Shown piece after piece: positions 24,655 to 37,389 of a stretch of DNA of 64,000 nucleotides (position 1 is its first letter; every line of letters starts with the position of its first letter). The notes under the pieces are model-generated. The model ran no database searches. It was not told where the DNA came from and was given only the letters and a program-made list of their open reading frames with translations. Source of the stretch: Moniliella sp. 'wahieum' (Eukaryota); the NCBI GenBank assembly GCA_003971905.1, contig RSEE01000008.1, positions 558,001 through 622,000 on the forward strand. The letters are read 5' to 3'. The position numbers and the translations under genes were made by a program.

Positions 24655-24988
24655 TCTCAAGAGCCGTTTTTCCCCCTGGTTTTGACGACGCGAGGATACT
24701 ACGGCACCAAGACGGCGGGCAAGTTGTTCGCGCATTGGAAGGAGTTGGCTACTAAGTCTCAGTGGAAATGGTTCCTCGCTCGGATGTCAACCACGTTCCT
24801 CCGTGTCCACACGCGCTTCCTAGGGTACGGGACCGGATGGCGTGAGCCGGAGGGTCCTGATATCCTGGCGATCCCCCTGGTCCCTTGACCCTGGTGGCGC
24901 CCCCAAGTAACCCCCGCAAGATGAACGGTTAGGTTTAGACGTAGCGTTCCCCCTGTCCCAGCCTTAAGCTCTGTCAATGAAATGGACG
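24655..24988 (+). mobile_element. 5'-truncated 3'-end fragment of the CRE-like non-LTR retroelement
   Basis: Highly similar to the reverse complement of 34044-34355; encodes ...LVLTTRGYYGTK...HWKELATKSQWKWFLARMSTTF.RV.TRF. Confidence 0.75.
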
Positions 24989-26814
24989 TGGTCGATATCG
25001 CTTGAATGCATTTTTTGGCTTGTGTCCGCACCCAATCCAAAAGTTGGGCCCGTTTTGCACGAGGCTGTGCGAGAACCAGAGCTGACCTGCTGTGGTGACT
25101 CCACACTGGCCTTTTGGTCTGTCGGAGCAAATAAGCACAGCACACGCCGGATGAGCTCGATGATCGATGACCGCCGAGACGCAGCTCGAGAGCAAGCCGG
25201 GTATATAGGCGCAGCGCTTTCTTTTTGTCCCTTAATCTTGAGCACTCTCTCTGAGTAAAAGAGGATATAATGACGCGGGGTTTTGGCGCTGGTAAGTAAA
25301 AAGTGCTTTAGTTGAGCGCTATATAGTGGGGATGAGTTCGATGAGTCCAGCGTGAGGATGTGCATAGCATTGCCGCCCCCACGCGCCCAATCCAATCAAG
25401 AAGTTGCTCGCCCAACAGATGATACTCGCCATCAGACCAGAGCCCCTCAGGGCCTCAGGCCTCACCCTCACCCGGGGAAGAGAGATATGACGTCATACTT
25501 CTGAATACATATGCCGCTCGTGCGCTGAGCGTAATTTATAGTGGGTGCAGTTCTGATGGAGCCCTTTTCTTAGTGTGACCAGGTGCTTCCGACGGTTCGG
25601 GGCGGGCGGAAGCGCCAAACGTGTGTTGTACGATAGGCGATAGGCATAGGCCATGCTGGGGCGGGCCCACCAGTTATAAAACGGTGTGACTTGGCCAAAC
25701 CAGATGGAAGGTGATGCAGACGATGATGCCTGTGATGCACTTGATGCTGCGGATGATTCCGATGATTAGGATGATTTGATAGGCAAAACACGTTACAGCC
25801 TGGCCCCGATGGGGCCATCGCGGGCCCGGCCATCCGCCGCCAGACTATCGTCGTGCCGAGAGGGCGCAAGGATGAGAAGCTCTTCAACCGATAGCAATAT
25901 CAATTGGCGAGGCTGTTCAGCGGTTGAGAGTTGAGATGCACCGTCGAACTTTATGGCCTGAGGCCCAGGGCTATCGGCGCGGGAGGGAGTGGCGGGAGTT
26001 TAGATTTGGGGATCGAATTGGGCTGGGCTGCACACTCGCTGCGCCGAGACAAGTCTTCTTCCGGGCGCCGTCGAGAGGATGGGGAAGACCAGCACCCCAC
26101 ATTAACCTGCCACCCTGCTGACGCGTGACGGCGCTACCCAGTCCATCTCAGATCTCACAACCAGACGTCGGGGCAGCGGGGATGCGTGATGGGGGGGTGC
26201 TGAGCCCAGGCACGGGGCGAGTGGCTTGGCTGTGGGTGTGGTTGTGCCCTGTGCCCTCCAGCAGCAGGCCGCGTACATCACGCGTCAAATGTCGCGTTGA
26301 ACGTTGAGATTGGGATCTGAGATCTTACACTGCCGCCCGCCCTTGCAGCTGCGTGCGCTTGTCGGCGCAGGCGGGCAGTGTACAGTGGCCCCACGCTGGT
26401 TGTGCGCTCGCCTGCGCACGGGCAGAGGGCGGCACCACAGCGCAGACCGAGCAAGACGGAGCAGCACACAGCACGGCGCCTGCCACGGCCAGACGCGGCC
26501 GCTTCCGCGGGCGGCGTGAGCGTGACGCGTGACGCGTGACACTGTCAGGTGACGCTCATGCGTCGGCGTGTTCCTTGGGCGTGGCGGCGGATTTGGTTGC
26601 TGCGGCGGTTGGTATTTGTGGTTAGTATGTTCGTCCTCGCCGCCGCCGCTGCACCACCCCCGTGCGCTTTTTTTTTGCCGCCGCCACCGCCAGCGCTGAG
26701 CGGGAGGCTGTCCTCGCCACCACCGCCCCGCCTGCCGCCTGCCCCCCCTCCGCCTCGCCATGACAGCCGTGTCCCGCTGCGCCTAGCCCTCCAGCCGTGC
26801 CCGCCGCCCACAAC

Positions 26815-29615
26815 ATGAACCCCGCCTCTCTCTTCCGCCGCCGCCCACCACCATCGCCCGCACCGCCCTCAGCGGCGCACCCCCCCGCGCCCCGACTCCG
26901 AATCCCCCTGTCGTCTCTCGCCGACGGCGGCTCCGTCCACCGCGTTTCAAGCATCTCCCAGCGCCTGCGCAGCGTCCAGGCCGGCATGGCCAACTCCGGT
27001 CCCATGCCCATCCACACCGCAAACGACCGTCGCCCCAGTACATCCACCGCACGCCGCCTGGTCGCCACCAGCCCCAACCGGTTGGCTCCAACCCAGACCT
27101 CGCCCTTATTGGCAGGCACCTCTCCAGATGCCGTGTCCTCGCTCCCGCCCCGCCGCCTGACGGAGGCACATCGCCCTCGACGTTGGGTTCTGGCTTGTTC
27201 CGAAGTCGCTTTTCCTTTTTCCCCTCCCACCGTCGTCGCTCCTCCTACGGCCCAGGAAAGGTCAAACCTGGTTCACTGCGTCACTCCTACTCGACCACCG
27301 CAATGGCCCCCCCCCACCGCCCCGACCCGCCCCCTGAAACTGTGCCGATTTCCCCGCGCAAGACAAGCAATGCTTCTTCGCGCATGAACGGCAGTGGCGT
27401 ACTGGCGCCTGCACAAGCACAAGCACAAGTACAAACACAAGCCGACCCGCTACTCCCTTCCTTGTCCAGCTCGGCCCCTGCCCCCCCGATGCACCGCCAG
27501 CACACACTACCCGCCACCATTCCCTCTCCCGCAGTGCCATATCCGACTCGCATGCGCTTCAACTTGTACCCAACCAGTCCAACGCGTTTATGCCGTCGTC
27601 GCGGCGCCACGTCTCGCTCAGCCCGGATCAGGTGCGGCGGATCAGCCAGGATGGACTGAGCGCACAGCAATTCCCCTCCCCTCCCCGGCGTCGTGCGTCG
27701 GTGGCCTTGGCCGCCTCGGTGCCCTCGGTGTCCCGCACCCGCACCAAAACCCTTCTGTCTCGGGGCGTGCCCGCACGTTCGTCGTCCATGCAGGTTGACC
27801 CCTCGACCGGGCCCTCTCTCTCCTCGGTCTCACCAGAGCCCGCTGTGGTGCCCTTGGACACGTTTGACAACAAGGCGACATTTGACTTTGTCCGTCCGGA
27901 TGAGTTGAAGCGGGTGTACATGATCGAAAGCCAATCGCGGGCACCGGACGAAGTGGTGCCGTTCCCACTGTTCCAATACCGTCTTAGCCGTGCTCCGTTT
28001 CTATTTGTGGGCGCCTACATGCATTCCACTTTGGGTCGGCGGCCGTTGTTGCGCGAGAAGGATAATGGGTCCGGAGAAGAAGCGTCGGTGGGCGCGGGAT
28101 CGGCTCGCACGACCGCATCCAAACCAACGTTTGCCTCCACAGCTTCAATGCCCACTAAACGCATCTTGGTCGGATACGTGTGTGCTACCCCCCCCCGTTT
28201 ACGGTGAACGCAATCAAGGTACATGACGATGGGCCTGACGCTCGCACAATGTGCATTCATTCGGTTGTAGTTCAAGATGCCTTTCGTGGCCGCGGCATTG
28301 GCAAGGGGATGGTGGAAACCCTGATGGCCTGGGTACGGGACGCTGAACTGGGCCAAGGCCAGACCGTCGTTCGTGCCACTGAACGCGGCACGACCCAAGT
28401 GGCCGGAACGAGTCTTTCAAACGACGTGATCATCCGACATCGTGGGTTGGAAGAAGCGGCGGTCCTGTCCCATTCGGATACGATCCCCTTCTTTCTCAAG
28501 TGTGGTTTCCATCTGGTCGGAATGAGTTACGTGCAAACGGGTACCGAGCAAGAGTGGTACGAGCTCCGGCGCGACATTGTACCGCCCGACACTATGGCCC
28601 CGTGGGACCCACACTGGGCGGATGAAGATGCCAAAGTACTCGAGCCGCAGTTCCTACGTTCCCTCCAAGTATCTGCTGCTCGTCGGACCGAGCGGCAGCT
28701 TCAGCAGCTGTCCATCTCCACTGCCACCGATGGCTCGAACGCTGAGCCAGCGGATATGTACCTTTCTCCTCTGAGTGATGTATTTGCCATCTCGCCCACC
28801 TCTTCGCCCATCCCGGTCTCCAGCAAAGGCACTCTCCCGCCCTCTGGTACGTGTCCGCCTTTACCATCCATTTTTGGATTACTGATTCCTCTGCTTTACA
28901 GGCTGCGATGCTGTTGGCTCGTCGGACAACTCGGAGGGTGGGACAACTGCGCTGCCCTCCCGCAAGTCCCCTGGTGGACAGGCCTCGTCCCGCGTGGAGT
29001 CCCGTGTAGAGTCCCGTGTGGGGTCCCGCGCTGCCTCCACCTCCTTCCCGGGTCCCATCCCTCTCGCCCAGCCCAGCACCCAGAGCTGGGCTGCTGTGTA
29101 CGGCAATGCGTTGGCAAGCAAAACGTTTGCCGAGGATGTCAAGCGCTCGAGGCACGCCTGGTCGACCGCACGCTCGGCACCAACGTACCGGAGATCTACT
29201 GCCCTCGGCCCGAATGCGGCGCGTTGCTAATGCGCCCAGATCGGGTGCTGTACAACAGCCGCGAATGTGGGCCGCTCGCCGCCCCCGAGGCCGGCTTGGT
29301 TAGCACCATGCCGCTTCCGCAAGCCCCCTCGATGCCGGCGGGACTGCAATCGACCAATGCGCCTGCCCTGACTTTGCTGGCGTTTTGGACGACCCCGACC
29401 TCTCGTTCTGTGGTATTGCGCTGACCGAAGAGGTGGCGTGGAAATGGGGAGGGAGCGAGCGGACCGAAAGCGAGGTCCGGTTGCCAATCCGGTTCTTGAC
29501 CTGCGCGTCCTGTGGCTGTGGACCCCTGGGCTACACCTTACTTCCGCTCGACCCATCCGACGAGCAGGAGTACCTCGTCGCGGCCGATCGGGTGCGGTAC
29601 AATTTTGGCGGATGA
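26815..29615 (+). CDS. GNAT acetyltransferase (PAA1/AANAT-like) fused to a C-terminal Mss4/RABIF-like zinc domain; long Pro/Ser-rich N-terminus
   Basis: ILVGYVCAT, TMCIHSVVVQDAFRGRGIG (acetyl-CoA motif A), IPFFLKCGFHLVG...WYEL, then IYCPRPECGALLM...FW...RFLTCASCGCGPLGY...YLVAADRVRY. The start codon is uncertain and there are several frameshifts. Confidence 0.75.
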
Positions 29616-31088
29616 TCCGAGGAGCCGTCGTGGCCACCGCCTGAACCTGCGGTAGGCGTTTTGGTGGTCTCGCTCCATGTTGTCGGGTTCACTCTTTGTT
29701 TTTGTCTCCTTTCGGGGACTGAGTGTCGATCCCTCTGTTTCCCCACCACCTACCCTCGCTACCTTCTCTCTGGCCGCACGACCCCCCCCCCTTTAATATA
29801 TATCGCCTCTGAGCCAACCGCTCGGCCAACGTTCCTTTGCGTTGACTTCGCTCTGATGTTTTCTGTTCTGTTCTATTCGTTTTCTACGATGGGCTGCGGC
29901 CGCCAAGCGAGCCAAAAGGTCGCGCTACCACCCTGTTTTCTGGCATTATCTAGGTCGGATTCCATTTCCCTGCCTATCCGTTGCAGCTCTTTCGTCCGCC
30001 TCTTTTGCGTCGTGCCTGCGCCGGCGCCGGGGCTGGGGACAGTATCCATACTCCGCGTCGTGGACAGGTTCTGTTTTTCTGTGTCTCCGTGGTGGGTTCA
30101 GCTTTAATCTATATCGTGTGCCTCCCCCTGCCATACTAGCTGGGCAGATGGGCAGACTGGTCGGGTTGAGTCGGATGAGTACTGAGTAACAGTGAGTCGG
30201 CGGGGGGAATTGCTTAGGGTGCCGACACAACCTCGCTAAAGGTAATGACCATGGCAAGTAAGCTGGCACGTTACCCCGCAGTTCGGGGACCCGCCCTTCA
30301 ACGGATCTGGAACCTACACACGCTGCTCCGCCCTCAGAGGGTTTGAGCTGGGGCCCTAGCACGCAGGCGGCCACCCAAACCACATAGAGGGTATCTCCTC
30401 GTCTCTACTGCAGCTCGGTTCAACCAGGATCTGATCTGAGACCAGACATATCGTGCGTGGCTCGGTTGACCGTCCAACAAGGGTATGTACACTGGCTAAA
30501 CTACTACAGTAGCGGCTCCGGTCTCGGGGCCCTTCCCATGACAGCGATTGGGATACAGAGACGACATCAAGGGAAGCAGAGAGGGTGAGTTCATATATAT
30601 CATCGTCAGCCTTCCACCTACTCTGGCAGTCATCCTGACGCACCAGAGGCAAAAAGTGAAGAAACTATACTCGCTGGACAGCCGCTGGTTGTCTATATGT
30701 TTTCCCAGTGCACCCTCACGGGCATATACATCTTCAGTGGTGCCGGAGTCTAACGTTCCCATGGCCACTAAGGTCTTCCTCTGTTGAGCCTTCTTCAGTA
30801 TAGTGGACAACACCCCCCTACACCGACAGACACAGCAGTTCCAAAAAAGCTGCCGCCGCGACAGTGGCTCTTCCCATCTGACGGCAGAGCAGCTTCTGCT
30901 GTCTATCCAGGGGGCCTCCCTAGGTAGGGATTCAGCGCCCTTCCCCCTCTCATACCCCTTCCCGATCCAACAGCAAGGAAGAATCCTTTGCCTATCCCCT
31001 CGGTCGTGCCCATAGCTACTTCGACGAGAGCAGGAATGCTGGGTGAGGTTATATGAGGTGAGCCTATTAGTGAGACAAGCGTGCATAT

Positions 31089-31184
31089 GGCATCGTGGTG
31101 TAGTTGGTTTATCACGTATCCTTAACAAGGGCATAGCGTACTTGATAACGGATAAGGTCCCCGGTTCGAGCCCGGGCGAAGTCA
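31089..31184 (+). tRNA. tRNA-Val(AAC) with a 21-nt intron
   Basis: A-box TGGTGTAGTTGG, anticodon arm TATCC-TTAACA[intron 31128-31148]C-GGATA, T-arm CCCGG-TTCGAGC-CCGGG and a downstream TTTTTT. There is one A-A mismatch in the acceptor stem. Confidence 0.88.
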
Positions 31185-31380
31185 TGATTTTTTGTATCCA
31201 ATATCCATTTCACTCCCGATCATGAGCAGGTGATCCCCCCCCTCGTCTCTCTACGATGTCATGTGGCACCCTGCAGAGCATCTTTTTGTGAGTTGACTCC
31301 ATACTACAGGGACAATCGGCCTGGCGACGACCTTAGTCAGGCATTTGCACATTTCAACTCCCCTTTCCCCATGGGGATGC

Positions 31381-31510
31381 GTCACATGTCACATGCATGT
31401 CACAGCTCATGTCACAGCTCATGTCACAGCTCATGTCACAGCCGGTGTGACATGTGGTCGCACGTGGCTCATGTCACAGCCCATGTCACATGTGATCGCA
31501 CGTGTCACGT
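31381..31510. repeat. Minisatellite of (CATGTCACAGCT)x~4 within a TGTCACA/TGTGACA-rich cluster
   Basis: Read directly: gtcacatgtcacatgcatgtcacagctcatgtcacagctcatgtcacagctcatgtcacagc... Confidence 0.9.
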
Positions 31511-31833
31511 CGCACTCCTAGTAAGTGGGTGCGTCCCCCTCGCATCAAGAGATCCAGTCGAGGATGATATTCAATGCCTCCTCTCTCACCCCCCACAGCG
31601 GGGACATACCACGCAGCTTCATCCCCACGGGCATTCCTAGATCCCTACTCTCCAGCGTGCAACGGCGCCTTGGGTCAAACACTTGCCTGGCCGACTCCAA
31701 TCCAGTTAAATATACCGCTGCCCCCTCCACTTCCAGCCCTCCTCCTCACCACTACCATCCACCCATCCATCCCCTCGCCTACCCGCTACCCGGTCACATT
31801 ACGCCCTGCCCGCTCCCCCGTCTCTTCACGACC

Positions 31834-33367
31834 ATGATACCTGCATCAAGCAACGCGGCCCATGTCAGCGACAGTACGCCGCTCCATTCCAGCGCCACGC
31901 GCACCCTTCCGATATGGAGAGGTCGATGACATCTTCCAATCTGACGTCTTTGACCGGCCGGCAAAGCGAGTATATATCCTTCTTCCTTTCGCTCACACTG
32001 GGAGACACAACCATACAACACGAAAGAACAGCTTCCGACGGTCCGTCCAACGTTCACTCCGAGTTACCAGCTCCCCCGCCGCGGCTGCTTCACCCAGCCC
32101 AACAAGGGCCAAGCGCCCGTTGTTTCGTTCCTGCGGGACGAGGATGAGGGAGAGGGAGAGGACACGGAGACTCGTTCCCCCCGTCCTACCAAGGAGCTGC
32201 GCTCAAAACCTCCCCCCAAACCGGAGCCCAAGTGGAAGTCAAAGGTCAAGGCTACCTTGCGCCGCGAGCGGGTGGAGGTACCCGCGGCGAACGATTTCTC
32301 TTTCGGCCACGTACCCAACAGAATCATGATCAGAGGCGCAGGCGCAACGGAAGCGTACCGCCATGTTCAATGCAGACCTTGAGGCGATCCTAGATCGGTT
32401 TGAACAAAATCTCCAACACTTTGGTGCCAAAGCTTGTGGGACGACAATAACACAACCTCCTTATCCGAATCTTCAGAAGATGAGTGGGACGGGGAGGTGA
32501 GCGAGGAATACTCTGAGCCCGATGAGTGCTCGGTGCAGGAGCTGATCTTCATGGGGGCACCATGCCTGTTTGGTCTGAACGACGATTTCTTCTGTCCCAC
32601 CTAGTCCGAGAAAGAGGACGAGACGGACACAACCAACAGTGGACCACCAAGCCCACACCTTGAGTGCCCTTTGATTATCCCACCCTTCTCCGCATTGGCG
32701 GAGGAGGAGGTGAATAAAGTTGCCTCGGCAAGCAACGATGACCCTCCGAGTCCTACACTTCCGCTTTTGGCCCCCGACGAGACTGATTCGTGTGAAGAAA
32801 ACGAAAGTGATGGGCGCCTCTTCCCTCACCCTGATCCCCTTCGCCCCGTCGTCCCAGGTTGTGCACAGACGAACGGCGACAGGTTCCGCCCCTTCGGGCA
32901 TGGTACCCTTCTTTCTTCCCAATACACACTGCAGGAGTTTGCAGCGCAGCAAGTGGGAGGCCCATCGCTCCACCATCTGTCCAAGAAGCAGCAAAGCAAG
33001 CTTTTCAACGGCCCGGAACCACCAAGAGTTGTAACCGAAGAGCAGCGCCCTTGGAGAAGGACCAGCGGAGCCTGGTGGTGTGGCGCATGGAGGCAGGCTG
33101 CTCAAATGGCCATGCGAGCCAGCTCACCTTGACGAGGCCAAGATGCTGACTGAGTTTGACTGCAGTGTTACATTGCCAATGCCCCATAACCGGCAAGCCG
33201 GGTGCTTGGGCATCGAGCTGGTCCCGCTGGATAACACGGGGCGGTACTGGTCCCCTTGTTTGACCAAGAAAATGGAGGTGGATGCACACTACTTGGCCCA
33301 ACCTGGAGCCTGGCCTCCACCTCTTTGTCGTGGCCTTGATCGACGTGACTACTTTTTTCTCACCTGA
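31834..33367 (+). CDS. Possible orphan or degenerate gene of unknown function
   Basis: A chain of + strand ORF fragments (31862..32329, 32671..33132, 33080..33367) with acidic and Pro-rich protein-like composition. No family recognised and boundaries are uncertain. Confidence 0.3.
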
Positions 33368-33754
33368 GCAAAAAAGGCGGAAGAGCACTCAATGTATGTA
33401 GTGCATATGCATTGCTCTACTTTTCCCCTTTCGGTGACCTCTCGATGACTTCAATGTCAACTACCCTCCGTCTCCCCAAGTGTGGTTGAGACCCCCCCAT
33501 CCCCTCCCATCGTATGGGTGTACACCGCCCTTCCGTGTCTCGTTCTAGAATCGTATGATGGTTTGCCTGGTCCAATTCGTCCACGACTCTAAAGATATAT
33601 AGAGAGTAGAAATAGGAGACCGATGAACTCGCCGTCAGCAGAAAAAGGTATCTCGTCTCCATCCCCATCTCCATGGGTTAACGTGCTGTCGTCCCCGACG
33701 CATCCCACTTGAAGAGCATACCGATTAACACATCCTTTGGGGTGCATGGCCAAG

Positions 33755-33977
33755 GATGAGACCTGGAGTCCTGATGGTCCTTGAGGGTGATGCAATCGCA
33801 CTTGTGGTGGCGGTGTGGCAACCAGCAATGACTACAGAGGAACATCAAGCAAAGACTAGCCCTCAAGGGCTAAGCTGCAGGACAAGGAGGAAAACAAGAG
33901 AGAGAAAACAGCGGAACTCATAGGCCTGAGGAGGAACTGAAGGGACATTGGCCAAAGCACGAGCCCCTAGCTCAACA
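33755..33977 (+). repeat. Dispersed repeat family A, copy 3
   Basis: Aligns with copies 1 and 2 and lies just downstream of the 3' end of the minus-strand retroelement. Confidence 0.8.
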
Positions 33978-34043
33978 GCCAACACCTTATCGCTCACACC
34001 CTCCTGAACCAATGGCATCCGGCGACCTTTTATCTCTGGATTG

Positions 34044-35300
34044 CGTCCATATCATTGACAGGGGAATCGCTACGTCTAAACCGAACCGTTCATCTTGCGG
34101 GGGTTACTTGGAAGCGCCACCAAGGTTAAGGAACCAGGGGGATCGCCAGGATATCAGGACCCTCTGGTTCTCGCCATCCGGTCCGTACCCTAGGAAGCGC
34201 GTGTGGACACGGATGAACGTGGTTGACATCTGAGCGAGGAACCATTTCCACTGAGACTTAGTAGCCAAATCCTTCCAATGCGCAAACATTTGCCCGCCTT
34301 CTTGGTGCCATAGTATCCTCGTGTCGTCAAAACCAGGGGGGAAAACGGCTCTTGAGTGCGTCCCTGGTACTTGGCGTTCTTGTCGCATTCTGCTTGTTCA
34401 AGCAGCCGAAACAGCTCCTTCTCCCGTTCCAAGGGCGTCGCGGTGCTCTCATGCACCACCCTCCGGTACGCGCTCTGCGCCTCCTGCATTTCCGTGTCGC
34501 GCAGCGTGTGGTCTACCTCTATTCCGGATCCTCCGATTGCTCCAGGCCCAATCACACGGTAGTCAGTGCGCTGTGCGTAGACCTCCCCCGGTCAACCATC
34601 TCGACTCATCACTTCATTCTTTCCACCGCCAAGACATCTTGCTCGCCATATTGGCGACATAGTATCATCGTGTCGTCATAACCAGAGAGGAGAAGCGTTC
34701 TTGGATGCGCCCCTGGCCCTTGACATGCTTTCTTTGTTCCAACAGTCAAAGTAGTTCATTCTCCCGCCGTTCCAAAGATGTTGCAGTTCGCTCATGCACC
34801 TCCCTCTACGCTCGTTGTCGAGGTGGGACCTGGGGAGGGAGCGCACGAGCTGCAAGATGGGCTCCCACACCGACTCGTAATGCACCACACTTGGACTGGG
34901 TGCGAGGGCAGGCCATGACATGCTCAAGGGAGGGCATGTCTCCACACTTGCACATGCGGCGCGTGAAACGGCTCAAGATGCGAAGCTGGAGACCAATCTG
35001 AACTGTGGAGCGTCTTGAGCAGCTCCTGTCGGCTCTTCTCCCACACCTAATGCGCCCCGCCCACGCAAGTACCCAGGACCACCAGCCCATCCTCCCGGAT
35101 TTGGGCCCGATCCCGTCCGACGCACGTGCAAAGGTTGAGTGCGAGGCCTGGCGATCCTGATCACTCGAACAATGCCGGTGGCATACCGCCATCGGTAGTT
35201 CATCCCCCCACAGGCGATGAGGCGGATCACAACCGGAAGCAGGGCCGTGGCAGATGCACTTGGTGGGCAGGCCCACCCCAACGTCTTGTCTGAATGTGCG
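34044..35300 (-). mobile_element. Decayed non-LTR retrotransposon 3' region with CCHC knuckle and restriction-like endonuclease (CRE clade, Cnl1/MoTeR-like)
   Basis: VQIGLQLRIL...MCKCGDMPSLEHVMAC (C-x-C-x7-H-x3-C), RTDYRVIGPG...IEVD, EQAECDKNAKY, PFSPLVLTTRG. It is frameshifted, with an internal diverged duplication (34662-34811 vs 34313-34471). No RT domain recognised in the window; the upstream boundary is approximate. Confidence 0.7.
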
Positions 35301-36964
35301 GATCAAACGGACAAGTCACGTTGGTCCAAATCCAACGGAGACTGTCCGGCGCGTCGGCCAGGGCGGTGCCTGGCGGAGCGACACGCACTCCATGGGTGGT
35401 AGGATGAGTGCGGCAGATGGTGGTGCCAAAGGCTGTGGCCCAACGGAGCTTCAACCCGTTCGCCTCTCCAAGTCTAACCCTACTCTTCGTATCTATGACC
35501 AACCCTCCTCTCCAGTGTGGAACGGCCTCTTTGCACTTGGTATATACTCTCCAGCATTGACGCAACGCCTGGTTATTATTATGGTACCCACAGTCTTCGC
35601 AATCCTTCCGAATAGCTCCACCACCAAGCAGACACAGTCAGCCGGCGTGATGGCAAGGTTTCTGGGCAGGGGAACCACGATGGGCGCCTCACCACAGCCG
35701 ACTCTCGGGCCGGCCCAAGACTGATTCAAAGGGGGTCAACATGCAACACCCCACGGAAGAGGGAGAGATAGCGGGCCAATCCATCACTGGTAGCCCAAAC
35801 TTGGTCGCCACGCACTGCGATCATGATCAGGAGTGCTCTGCATCTATCAGGAGATTGAGATGGGGGAAAGGATGAGGATCATCTTCATCGAATGGAAAGG
35901 GGATGAGAGGAATATATGCCTTGGAGAAGAAGAGAACATGCGAGCTAACTAAGTCACACGGAGAAAGAAAGGGGAGCACAACAGGCGAAGGGGGAAAACA
36001 GGGTCTAGAACAAATCAGGAACCAGTCAACCTGGTGACTAGAAGAGGTGCGTCTGATCCCGACAGCATCCGTCACCCTCATCCCCCCTCGTGCGCCGAAG
36101 TGGGGTTTGGGACGGACAAAACAGTCGCCTGTGGCACAGCAACTAAGTAAAAGATGTACATGAGATGGCGTACCTATACTTCAGCTACCCACAGTTCCAT
36201 CTCCCATACCCCTTGGATTCTCAACGTGCTACCCAACTATATCTATGAGGTACAAACACAACAGCGAAACGATGACGGAGGCGGAGCATGGGCAGGAGCG
36301 GAGGGAAGGGAGGATGGAATTGCGCACTGACATGTCACGAACTGTAATTACGCCGACAGATCAATTCCGAGCTCAGCTAATACTCCCCTCCTTGCACCCC
36401 ATGTAGGCACGGATTAGTAGGATCAGCCTTAATTGTCCAGGCAACAGGTCTCATGGGCTTCACGACTTCATTTGGGACTCAGGTGAGAGAGTGAGTGGTG
36501 CAAGGCAATGGGTAGAAGATCCGTCCCATAGCCTGGCGACATAGGAGCCAGAGGATCGGATTGACGCCAGGGGTGTGATCCGGTCCGAAGTGTAGTGGAG
36601 GTGTAGTGTATAATCGAGGGCGGAGAACGGGGCCAACACTGACATCTCCTATGAAGATAAGGCCCAAGACCCTAAGACAAGCAGAACGGCAAGATGCGAG
36701 AAGACCGTAGTAGAGAGCTAAGGGGGGGGGACAAAAGGTATACATCCAGATGGGAGCAAATAGCAGCAGGGGGAGAGCGAAAGAAAAAGAAAAAAGAGGA
36801 GAGGAAAAGACGTGAAGCATCGCGAGGACATTAGGTACGTGGTTGACCCAGGGCCCGTGCCACGGCATGCACGTGAGGTGAACGTTCAACGTGCAGTGCA
36901 GCGCAAGGCCCTGCGATCGCCCCTCCCCCCACAGCAGTAGGCAGCAAGAGGGGTAAGGGGTAGA

Positions 36965-37027
36965 GGACAAGGGACAAGGGACAAGGGACAAGGGACAAGG
37001 GACAAGGGACAAGGGACAAGGGACAAG
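36965..37027. repeat. Microsatellite (GGACAAG)x9
   Basis: Perfect heptamer tandem read directly; lies downstream of the cyclin gene. Confidence 0.95.
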
Positions 37028-37389
37028 GCAAGAAGAGAGAAGACACAGTTCCCGCCCGTCGGGAGGGGTGGACAAGAGGGCGCACGAGGGAGAGGAAGAG
37101 CAAGTTCTTGGCGAGAGACGAAGAATCAACAGGGAACAAGGCAGAAAAAAAGGAGAAAAGAAAACGCGGCAATGAAAATGGAACGGGGCGAAAACTGTGG
37201 TATCAGGCGCGGATGAGAAACGAGGGCGAGGGGCGAGGGCGCGAGAGGACGGGGGGGGGGGGGAGATGGTGGGATAAGAGCCACGAATGCGCCACAGGAT
37301 AGGAGCCACGAATGCGTTACACCTCACGAAGGGACCCAAGCTCACCACACGCGATGGGGGATGAGAAGCGCTTTCATCGGTGCGGTGCA

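Noticed and set aside
30496..31185. 229-aa minus-strand ORF beginning MTSPGLEPGT
   Set aside because: Its start is the antisense of tRNA-Val and the rest has no recognisable protein signal.
31381..31510. CRISPR-like array
   Set aside because: Units are 7-12 bp tandem with no unique spacers; the context is eukaryotic and has no cas genes.
32330..32430. Scm3/HJURP-like motif (RTAMFNADLEAILDRFEQ)
   Set aside because: The resemblance is superficial; the diagnostic aromatic and DEIDL-type residues are missing.
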